DNA of 64,000 bases, taken from NCBI GenBank assembly GCA_040880425.1, contig JBBDIL010000003.1, forward strand, positions 9,225 through 73,224, written 5' to 3'. A model generated the notes under the pieces. That model was not told the origin of the DNA. It saw only the letters and a program-made list of their open reading frames with translations, and searched no databases. The translations under genes were made by a program, and so were the position numbers. Source of the DNA: Burkholderiales bacterium. Lineage in GTDB: Bacteria > Pseudomonadota > Gammaproteobacteria > Burkholderiales > Eutrophovitaceae. Positions 55,084 through 64,000 of this stretch are shown in pieces (position 1 is the first letter of the stretch; the number at the start of each line of letters is the position of its first letter).

Positions 55084-55413
55084 CTACCGGGCCAGGACCC
55101 AGCTCACCAGGATGGTGAGTTCTGCATCGCTTATTCGTCCCTTGTGCGGCGGCATCGGGATCGCACCCCAGACGCCGCTCCCGCCATCTCGCACTTTCTT
55201 TTCCAGGTTCGCCTGTGCACCGGCGTCGCCGTTGTACTTGGCGGCGATTTCCTGGTACGCCGGTCCGACCAATTTCTTGTCGAGCGCATGACAGGCCGAG
55301 CAGCCTTTGTCCTTGTTAAGTTTCTCCGCGTCGGCCGCATGCGCAATGACAGCATTGAAGAACACGGCGGCGGCTAACGCTGCGATCAGGATGGCCAAAA
55401 TGTCGGATTTCAT
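55084..55413 (-). CDS. nirM: cytochrome c551/c552 (NirM)
   Basis: 'CSACHALDKKLVGPAYQEIAAKY...GVWGAIPMPP' class ID cytochrome c. Confidence 0.85.
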   Translation of the reverse strand: MKSDILAILIAALAAAVFFNAVIAHAADAEKLNKDKGCSACHALDKKLVGPAYQEIAAKYNGDAGAQANLEKKVRDGGSGVWGAIPMPPHKGRISDAELTILVSWVLAR

Positions 55414-55425
55414 CGCGCGTGCTCC

Positions 55426-57247
<1,822 letters not shown>

Positions 57248-57297
57248 TTTTTCGGGAATGGCCCTTCGGTTAGAGTGGCCTTCGAGGAGAAGAACAA

Positions 57298-58722
57298 ATG
57301 GATTACTTCCCGGCGTTTTTCGATATCAGGAGCAGGCCTTGCCTGGTCGTAGGCGGAGGCGAGGTCGCGAGCCGCAAGGCCGCTCTGCTGCAAAAGGCGG
57401 GTGCACGCGTGACCATGGTCTCACCGGAACTAAGCCCGTCGTCCACGCGCATGGTTCAAAGCGGCGACGTGGTGCACATACCGGCACGTTTCACGGCCGA
57501 ACACCTGCGCGGTGTGGTTCTGGTGATTGCCGCTACCAACGATGCTGCGGTAAACGAAGCGGTCTTCAGGGCCGCGAGCGAGTTGCATCTGCCGGTGAAC
57601 GTAGTGGATGCGCCGCACTTGTGTTCATTCATCGTGCCGTCGATCGTCGACCGCTCGCCTGTCGTCATCGCGATAGGCAGCAGTGGCAAGGCGCCGGTGC
57701 TGGCGCGGCAGTTGCGCACGCGCCTTGAGGGTCTGATCCCGCAGTCAGTGGGACGCCTGGCGGTGCTTGCCGGTGCTTTTCGCGAGCATGCGAAGAAACG
57801 CTTCCCGCAGGTCGAGCAAAGGCGCAGATTCTGGGAAGGCATTCTCGATGGGCCGATCGCGGAAATGGTGTACTCGGGCCAGGAGGCGGCAGCGCGCCAC
57901 GCGCTACTGGACGTGCTGAACCGCGGCGGCACCGGTTCGCGGAGCCCCGGCGAGGTTTATCTAATTGGCGCCGGGCCCGGCAATCCAGACCTGCTGACTT
58001 TCCGCGCATTGCGGCTCATGCAGAAGGCGGATGTCGTGGTGTATGACCATCTGGTTGGCGAAGGTATCCTCGAACTCGTCCGGCGCGACGCGCAGCTCGT
58101 CTATGCGGGCAAAGAGAGCAACAATCACGCGCTGCCGCAGCCGGACATCAATGCTTTACTGGTGCGCATGGCGAAGGAAGGCAAATGCGTGGTGCGGCTG
58201 AAAGGCGGAGACCCGTTTATCTTTGGTCGCGGCGGCGAGGAGATGGAAGCGCTGGTGGAACACGACATACGATTTGAAGTAGTGCCCGGGGTCACGGCTG
58301 CATGCGGGGTGTCCTGTTACGCGGGCATCCCGCTTACGCACCGCGACTACGCGCAGTCCGTGGTTTTCGTTACCGGGCATCTCAGGGACGGCAGCGTGAA
58401 TCTCGATTTTGCGGCGCTCGCGCGCCCGGCGCAGACCGTGGTGATCTACATGGGGGTCGGCGGCCTGGCGCAGATCTGCGAACAATTGATCGTGCATGGC
58501 CAGCGGGCGGACATGCCCGCCGCGGTGGTCGAGCGCGGCGCAACCGACCGGCAGCGTGTCGTGACCGCCACGCTCGCGACACTACCCGCGCGCGCAGCAC
58601 AGGCCTGCGTGAAACCTCCGGCACTGGTGATCGTAGGGGAGGTTGTCGCACTGCATGACCGGCTTGCCTGGTACGGCAACGCGTCAGCCGATGCCGGACG
58701 GGAGGTGGCATCCGCAGTCTGA
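57298..58722 (+). CDS. cysG: sirohaem synthase (precorrin-2 dehydrogenase/ferrochelatase + uroporphyrinogen-III C-methyltransferase)
   Basis: N-terminal 'VVGGGEVASRKA' Rossmann; C-terminal 'VYLIGAGPGNPDLLT', 'VVRLKGGDPFIFGRGGEE'. Confidence 0.9.
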   Translation: MDYFPAFFDIRSRPCLVVGGGEVASRKAALLQKAGARVTMVSPELSPSSTRMVQSGDVVHIPARFTAEHLRGVVLVIAATNDAAVNEAVFRAASELHLPVNVVDAPHLCSFIVPSIVDRSPVVIAIGSSGKAPVLARQLRTRLEGLIPQSVGRLAVLAGAFREHAKKRFPQVEQRRRFWEGILDGPIAEMVYSGQEAAARHALLDVLNRGGTGSRSPGEVYLIGAGPGNPDLLTFRALRLMQKADVVVYDHLVGEGILELVRRDAQLVYAGKESNNHALPQPDINALLVRMAKEGKCVVRLKGGDPFIFGRGGEEMEALVEHDIRFEVVPGVTAACGVSCYAGIPLTHRDYAQSVVFVTGHLRDGSVNLDFAALARPAQTVVIYMGVGGLAQICEQLIVHGQRADMPAAVVERGATDRQRVVTATLATLPARAAQACVKPPALVIVGEVVALHDRLAWYGNASADAGREVASAV

Positions 58723-58826
58723 TCTGCTCGTGACGCTGCGGCGACCTGTTTCCCGCGCCGGAATAAAGCCCCATAATCCGCGTCTGGCGAAGCCAATGCT
58801 CCTGAAGAAGGGGCGCGAGCAGACGC

Positions 58827-59519
58827 GTGCCGACCGTTCCAATAAAAACCCAGGCCTTTCTCAGCAACCTGCCGCTGTTCCGCGAGCTCGCGCCCGAGGA
58901 GATCGAGTTGATCGCGGCCGGTACCCGCGAAGTTCGGATCAGACGCGGCGATATGCTGTTTCAGAAGGGCGACCCGTGCCGCGGCTTTCATATCGTGGTC
59001 TATGGGCAGATCAAACTGCTGTTCATAACGCCCCAGGGTGATGAGAAGGTCATCGAGATCATGGGCCCCGGCCAGAGCTTCGGCGAGGCGGTGATGTTCA
59101 TGGAAAAGCCCTATGTGGTGTCGTCGCAGGCGCTCGCGGACTCGCTTTTGCTGCACGTATCCAGGGATGTCGTGTTCGAGGGGATCGATCGTGACGCCAA
59201 GTTCGCGCGCCGGATGATCGCGGGGCTGAGCCGGCGCCTGCATCATCTGGTCAGCGACGTGGAGGCATACTCTCTGCGCTCCGCCACGCAGCGCGTGATT
59301 GGGTATCTGCTGCGCCCGGAGCACGATCACGACGACGAGGGCAAGGGCACTGTGGTTACGCTGCCGGCGACAAAGTCGGTTATCGCGTCCCGCCTCAACA
59401 TTACGCCGGAGCACTTTTCACGCATCCTCCACGAATTGGGCGAAAAGCATCTGATCGAGGTAGACGGCCGCAATGTCCGGATTCTCGATACCGATCGGTT
59501 ACGTGTTTTCGAGGGCTGA
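58827..59519 (+). CDS. Crp/Fnr-family regulator, Dnr/NnrR type (no N-terminal Cys cluster)
   Basis: cNMP-like domain; HTH 'IASRLNITPEHFSRILHEL' with the E--SR recognition motif that reads TTGAT half-sites. Confidence 0.8.
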   Translation: MPTVPIKTQAFLSNLPLFRELAPEEIELIAAGTREVRIRRGDMLFQKGDPCRGFHIVVYGQIKLLFITPQGDEKVIEIMGPGQSFGEAVMFMEKPYVVSSQALADSLLLHVSRDVVFEGIDRDAKFARRMIAGLSRRLHHLVSDVEAYSLRSATQRVIGYLLRPEHDHDDEGKGTVVTLPATKSVIASRLNITPEHFSRILHELGEKHLIEVDGRNVRILDTDRLRVFEG

Positions 59520-59537
59520 AGCCCGTATCTGCAAGGC

Positions 59538-59551
59538 TTGATCTGTATCAG
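59538..59551. promoter_or_regulatory. FNR/Dnr-like box TTGATCTGTATCAG upstream of the NMO-family gene
   Basis: One mismatch; centred about 69 bp upstream of ATG 59614. Confidence 0.4.
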
Positions 59552-59613
59552 GGACGCCTTCCCTGGTAGCGCGTACCGTGTGCGGCCTGCGATTCAAAGA
59601 GGAACAGGGCGAA

Positions 59614-60774
59614 ATGTCGATGCCCGAATTGCCGTGCTGGGGGCTGAGAGGACGCCAGCTCAAACCCGTGGTCCAGGGCGGAATGGGAATCGGCGTGTCG
59701 GCTCATCGGCTTGCAGGCAGCGTTGCGAAGGCGGGTGCGATGGGGACGGTCGCAAGCATAGACCTGCGGCACCACCATCCGGATCTGATGGAACGATGCA
59801 AGGGTACGCGCGACAGGGCCGCGATCGACCGCGTGAATCTGGAGGCGCTCGATCGTGAAGTCCGCTTGGCGCTGGCGTTGTCCGAAGGGCGGGGCGCGAT
59901 CGCTGTAAACGTCATGAAGGCAGTCAGCGCGCATGCGGATTATGTTCGCCAAGCTTGCGAGAGCGGCGCGCACGCGATCGTAATGGGTGCCGGCTTGCCT
60001 TTCGATCTCCCGGACTTGGCCGCCGAACATCCCCACGTCGCATTGGTGCCCATCCTGTCCGATGCGCGGGGCATTCAGATCGTTATCAGGAAATGGATGC
60101 GCAAGAATCGTTTGCCCGACGGCATCGTAATCGAGCATCCGCGATACGCGGCGGGCCATATCGGCGCGACGCGAAGCGAGGAGATCGACGATCCGCGTTT
60201 TGATTTCGCTCGCGTGATGGAAGAAGCGCAGAACATTTTCCGGAATCTCGGCATAGAGCGCGAAGCAATTCCGCTGATTGCGGCGGGCGGCGTGCATACT
60301 CACGAGCAGGTGCGTGCACTACTGGCAATGGGTGCTTCCGCGGTGCAGATTGGCACGGCGTTCGCCGTGACGGAGGAAGGTGATGCACACCCGAATTTCA
60401 AGAGGGTGCTGGCAGAGGCTCGGCCCGAGGATATCGTCACCTTTATCAGCGTCGCCGGACTACAGGCCCGCGGGGTGTTGACCCCGTGGCTCGTAAACTA
60501 TCTGCGGCGTGAGTCGCGGCTGCAGGCCAATGCCAAGGCTGATCTACGCCGGTGCGTACCCGGATTCCAGTGCCTGACAGCGTGCGGTTTGCGTGACGGA
60601 ATCGCGCGCTTCGGACAATTCTGCATTGAGATGCGGTTGGCCGATGCGCTAAAGGGCGATATTGGCAAAGGCCTGTTCTTTCGCGGATCGGAGAGACTGC
60701 CTTTTGGTACTGCGATCCGCCCGGTGCGCGAATTGATCGACTACTTACTGCACGGGCGCATGCCCGCCCTTTGA
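59614..60774 (+). CDS. nitronate monooxygenase (2-nitropropane dioxygenase-like) family flavoprotein
   Basis: 'VVQGGMGIGVS', 'AGGV'; start at ATG 59614. Confidence 0.7.
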   Translation: MSMPELPCWGLRGRQLKPVVQGGMGIGVSAHRLAGSVAKAGAMGTVASIDLRHHHPDLMERCKGTRDRAAIDRVNLEALDREVRLALALSEGRGAIAVNVMKAVSAHADYVRQACESGAHAIVMGAGLPFDLPDLAAEHPHVALVPILSDARGIQIVIRKWMRKNRLPDGIVIEHPRYAAGHIGATRSEEIDDPRFDFARVMEEAQNIFRNLGIEREAIPLIAAGGVHTHEQVRALLAMGASAVQIGTAFAVTEEGDAHPNFKRVLAEARPEDIVTFISVAGLQARGVLTPWLVNYLRRESRLQANAKADLRRCVPGFQCLTACGLRDGIARFGQFCIEMRLADALKGDIGKGLFFRGSERLPFGTAIRPVRELIDYLLHGRMPAL

Positions 60775-61005
60775 CCGCGGGCCATCGTCCAGCAAGTATC
60801 TTTCGGAATCCTCCGTAAGTTCAGCGGCACCTTCATCCTCGACAGGCGGGTGCCTTTCTGCTGCGTTCGCACTCAAGACAGGCGGCAAAGTCACGCAAAG
60901 TGGTAATCTTCTCGCAGGTTCCTGTGCCGTCTGCCGCGGGCGTTCATCACGTCGAGTATTGCTGGATTCCTTCCGCAGATGGTTTCGTATCCAGTGGAGG
61001 AGTAA

Positions 61006-61431
61006 ATGACAAAACGAGCATTCATCAATCCCGAACGCGTGAGACGCATCGGCGCGTTCTCACATGCCGTGGCTTCGACAGGGGGCGTCACCGTGCATGT
61101 AAGCGGGCAAGTGGCGGTGGACGCGGACGGCAAGGTCATTGCGCCGGGCGACATGAAAGCGCAGGCCACGGCCGTGTTCGACAACCTCGGCCACATCCTC
61201 AAGGAGGCCGGCGGAAGCTACGATGACGTAGTCAAGCTGACGCACTACGTGGTCGACCTGAAACCGGAGCACAGGCCGGTCATCACCGAGATCCGCAACC
61301 GCCACGTCAATCAGACCAACCCCCCGGCCAGCACCATGATCGGCGTGCCGGCATTGGTCATGGACGGACTGGTGATCGAGGTCGAGGTGATCGCGGTAAT
61401 CGACGAATCCCGCGCGAAGCATTTGTTTTGA
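61006..61431 (+). CDS. RidA/YjgF family protein
   Basis: 'GAFSHAVASTGGVTVHVSGQVAVD...', C-terminal 'IEVEVIAV'. Confidence 0.8.
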   Translation: MTKRAFINPERVRRIGAFSHAVASTGGVTVHVSGQVAVDADGKVIAPGDMKAQATAVFDNLGHILKEAGGSYDDVVKLTHYVVDLKPEHRPVITEIRNRHVNQTNPPASTMIGVPALVMDGLVIEVEVIAVIDESRAKHLF

Positions 61432-61457
61432 CGACGCATCGAGTGAACCACTGAGGA

Positions 61458-61594
61458 CACGGCGGAAAACCGGAAAACGAAGCAGCCAGCAGGACACCGG
61501 GGGCACCAGGAAAAGCGAGACGAACCTTCGAGGAAGTTCTTCTCGACCTTAGCGCTCCTTTGCGTACCGATTCTATTTCCGGTTTTCCTCCGTG
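61458..61594. repeat. intergenic inverted-repeat element, copy 5 (after the RidA gene)
   Basis: 19-bp termini CACGGCGGAAAACCGGAAA (61458..61476) / TTTCCGGTTTTCCTCCGTG (61576..61594), 18/19 complementary. Confidence 0.6.
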
Positions 61595-61628
61595 GTAGAA
61601 ATGCATTTTCAGGAGACAGGGAAAGGCT

Positions 61629-62399
61629 ATGAGCAGATTTGCAAACAAGGTGGTGGTGATTACCGGCGGCGGCAGCGGCATCGGGCTGGCAGCGGTGAAG
61701 CGGTTCGCGCAGGAAGGCGCGAAGCTGATGCTGGCCGGGCGCAACGAGCAGGCGCTGAAGGATGCGGTGAGCGGGGCGGGCGCAAAGAACGCCGCGTACA
61801 GGGTGACGGACGTGACGCGGCCGGAGGACAACGAAAGGCTGATCGCGGCGGCCGAGGAGAAATTCGGCGGCATCGATGCGTTTGTCGCCAACGCCGGCAC
61901 CGAGGGTGCGGCAGCGCCGATCGTCGACTATCCGCTCGATGTCTTTGACCAGGTGATGGCGGTGAACGTGCGCGGCGTGTTTCTGGGGCTGAAGTACGCG
62001 ATCCCGGCACTGAAGAAGCGCGTCGGCGGCAGCATCGTGATCGTGTCTTCGATCGGCGGCATCAAGGCGCGCGGCCAGGGGAATTCCGCCTATATCGCCA
62101 GCAAGCACGCTGAGATCGGCCTGATGCGTACCGCGTCCGTGGAGTGCGCGCCGTTCGGTATCCGTGTCAACTGCGTATTGCCTGGGCCGACCGATACCCG
62201 CATGATCCGCAACATCGAAAAGGACCGTTCGCCCGGCGCACCGGAGAAGGCGCGCGAGGCGATTCTCGCGGGACTTCCGCTCAAGCGCTACGGCACGGCG
62301 GAGGAAATCGCGAACCTGATATCGTTTCTGGCGTCCGACGAAGCGAGCATCTGCACCGGCGGCGTATATCTTGCCGACGGCGGGTTGTCGGCGATCTGA
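61629..62399 (+). CDS. SDR family oxidoreductase
   Basis: 'TGGGSGIG', 'NAG', 'YIASKHA' catalytic YxxxK. Confidence 0.85.
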   Translation: MSRFANKVVVITGGGSGIGLAAVKRFAQEGAKLMLAGRNEQALKDAVSGAGAKNAAYRVTDVTRPEDNERLIAAAEEKFGGIDAFVANAGTEGAAAPIVDYPLDVFDQVMAVNVRGVFLGLKYAIPALKKRVGGSIVIVSSIGGIKARGQGNSAYIASKHAEIGLMRTASVECAPFGIRVNCVLPGPTDTRMIRNIEKDRSPGAPEKAREAILAGLPLKRYGTAEEIANLISFLASDEASICTGGVYLADGGLSAI

Positions 62400-62479
62400 G
62401 CGGTGCGGCCAACGCACAGCGGAGCTGGGGAACGCTGCAGGGACTGATCGGGCACGGACTGCTTCAAGGGAGGCGTTCG

Positions 62480-63541
62480 GTGACATCGTTGCGGGTGGAA
62501 GAATATCGACATGCAGCCACGCGTGCCGGCCTCGTGTATGTTTCGGACGGCCTCGCCGGTATCCGCCGAAAGCGGGCGGGCAAAGGTTGGGCGTACTATG
62601 CGCCGGACGGGGCGCGCATCGCGGACGCGAGGGAACGCAAACGGATCGCCTCGCTGGTGATCCCGCCCGCATGGACCGATGTCTGGATCTGCCCGGACCC
62701 CAAGGGCCATATCCAGGCCACCGCGCGCGACGCTCGCGGGCGCAAGCAGTACCGTTACCATCCGATGTATCGGGCTGCGCGCGATACCTCCAAGTTCGGC
62801 CGCATCCTGGAGTTCAGCGAGGTGCTGCCGCAGATTCGCGAACAGGTGGAACGCGACCTGCGCGCGCGCGACCTCACGCGGCGCCAGATTCTCGCCACCG
62901 TGGTGCGCCTGCTCGCGAGAGGATTCGAGCAGCATGCGGATCGACCGGATGCCCGCGAGAATCGTTCCTACGGGCTGACGACGCTGCACGGACGGCACGT
63001 TGCCATCAAGGGAGCGGAACTGCGATTCAGTTTTCGGGGGAAGAGCGGGGTGCAGCACACGGTTGCGGTGAACGATCGCCGTCTCGCGCGCATCGTCCGG
63101 CAATGCGTCGACCTGCCCGGACGCGAACTGTTCAAATTCCTCGATGCTTCCGGCGCGCGGCAGACAGTTTCGTCGGACGACGTAAATGCGTATCTGCGGC
63201 AGATCACCGGGCGCGATATCACCGCCAAGGATTTCCGCACCTGGGGCGGAACCATGATGGCGGCGCAGCAGCTGCGGGACATCGGCCCTGCGGCAAGCCG
63301 GCGCGAAGCCGAACGCAACGTCGTGCGCGTGATCGATACCGTCGCCGAACGCCTTGGCAACACGCGCGCGGTCTGCCGCAAGTATTACGTTCACCCCGGA
63401 CTTCTCGACGCCTATCTCGATGGCCGTGTCGCGCCGGTGCCGGCCGACAAGCCCCCCGCGCGCGCGGCCCAGCCGACCCCTGCGCTGCGGCGAGAGGAAG
63501 TAGCGGTGCTGCAGCTGCTGCAGGAAGTGCTCGCACCTTGA
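62480..63541 (+). CDS. DNA topoisomerase IB (poxvirus-like bacterial type)
   Basis: 'LVYVSDGLAGIRRKRAGKGWAYY', 'IPPAWTDVWICPDPKGHIQATARDARGRKQYRYHP', 'CRKYYVHP' (active-site Tyr region); AGGGAGG SD before GTG 62480. Confidence 0.8.
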   Translation: MTSLRVEEYRHAATRAGLVYVSDGLAGIRRKRAGKGWAYYAPDGARIADARERKRIASLVIPPAWTDVWICPDPKGHIQATARDARGRKQYRYHPMYRAARDTSKFGRILEFSEVLPQIREQVERDLRARDLTRRQILATVVRLLARGFEQHADRPDARENRSYGLTTLHGRHVAIKGAELRFSFRGKSGVQHTVAVNDRRLARIVRQCVDLPGRELFKFLDASGARQTVSSDDVNAYLRQITGRDITAKDFRTWGGTMMAAQQLRDIGPAASRREAERNVVRVIDTVAERLGNTRAVCRKYYVHPGLLDAYLDGRVAPVPADKPPARAAQPTPALRREEVAVLQLLQEVLAP

Positions 63542-63551
63542 TGGGCATGTC

Positions 63552-64000
63552 GTGAGAACGGAGCATCAAGCCGAAGCGTTTCCGACCGAGCTGCACCAGG
63601 AACGTTTGCGCACAGTACTGCAGGCGCTGCTCAGGAGCGGTGCGCAAAGCGTGCTCGACCTCGGTTGCGGTTCGGGTGCGCTCTTGCGACTGCTGATGAG
63701 CGAACCCCAGTTCACGCGGATCACCGGCGTGGATACTTCGATCGAAGCGCTGTCGGTTGCAGAGCAGGAGTTGTGTGGCGGCCCTTGTCCGGAAGGCGAA
63801 CGCGTGTCCCTGCTGCACGCCTCGTATGCAGACAGCGATCGGCGCCTGGAAGGTTACGATGCGGCGGCGATGGTGGAGACGATCGAGCATGTCGATCCGA
63901 GCCGGCTGTCGACCGTTGAACAGGCCGTATTTGCGCGGTATCGCCCGAAAACGGTGGTGATGACTACGCCGAACATCGAATACAACGTGTTGTTCGGCAT
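63552..64000 (+). CDS. class I SAM-dependent methyltransferase (Hen1-like methyltransferase domain), 5' part; runs off the window
   Basis: Manual translation from GTG 63552: '...[16 protein letters not shown]...ITGVDTS...YDAAAMVETIEHVDPSRL...VVMTTPNIEYNVLFG'; absent from the track because there is no stop in the window. Confidence 0.6.
   Translation, partial: MRTEHQAEAFPTELHQERLRTVLQALLRSGAQSVLDLGCGSGALLRLLMSEPQFTRITGVDTSIEALSVAEQELCGGPCPEGERVSLLHASYADSDRRLEGYDAAAMVETIEHVDPSRLSTVEQAVFARYRPKTVVMTTPNIEYNVLFG

Overview
High-GC, densely coding proteobacterial chromosome segment dominated by anaerobic and denitrification respiration genes. Left to right: a PLP decarboxylase 3' end, gloB, a YVTN propeller protein, a SET-domain protein, a ModE-like regulator with tupBCA, and an RND efflux pair. 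Next come an ADH, two tandem small barrel-like paralogs, and a minus-strand operon (two CtaA/COX15 paralogs, hemerythrin, DUF2249, polytopic membrane protein). A long plus-strand array follows at about 19.9-32.8 kb. It holds a small TM protein, CuA subunit II, a B-family-like haem-copper subunit I, ctaB and SCO. It continues with two di-haem cytochrome b fusion proteins, an orphan haem-copper-oxidase-like protein, a DGC protein and ubiU-ubiV-ubiT. After that: a TetR/MacAB-type exporter, nrdD/nrdG, pqqA-pqqD-pqqE with unusual neighbours, a complete cd1 nitrite reductase cluster (nirS-M, nirC-F-DL-G-H-J-N), cysG and a Dnr/NnrR-type Crp/Fnr regulator. The window ends with NMO, RidA, SDR, topoisomerase IB and a partial Hen1-like methyltransferase. 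Three things stand out. (1) An FNR/Dnr-box-preceded module pairs cyt b-[2Fe-2S]-FNR and cyt b-2x[4Fe-4S]-MvhD fusions with a subunit-II-less HCO-like protein. Beside it sits a B-family-like oxidase whose cross-link Tyr motif HPxVY reads HSSQQ. No norCB/norZ lies in the window, so both are candidate unconventional NO (or O2) reductases. (2) nrdD is split: its glycyl-radical C-terminus is a separate 62-aa ORF with its own strong SD, 2.2 kb downstream. The gap holds a B12-radical-SAM gene flanked by repeat elements. (3) A family of about 140-190 bp inverted-repeat intergenic elements has five copies, one of which supplies the nirN start codon. All function calls rest on motif recognition by eye; no database search was run.
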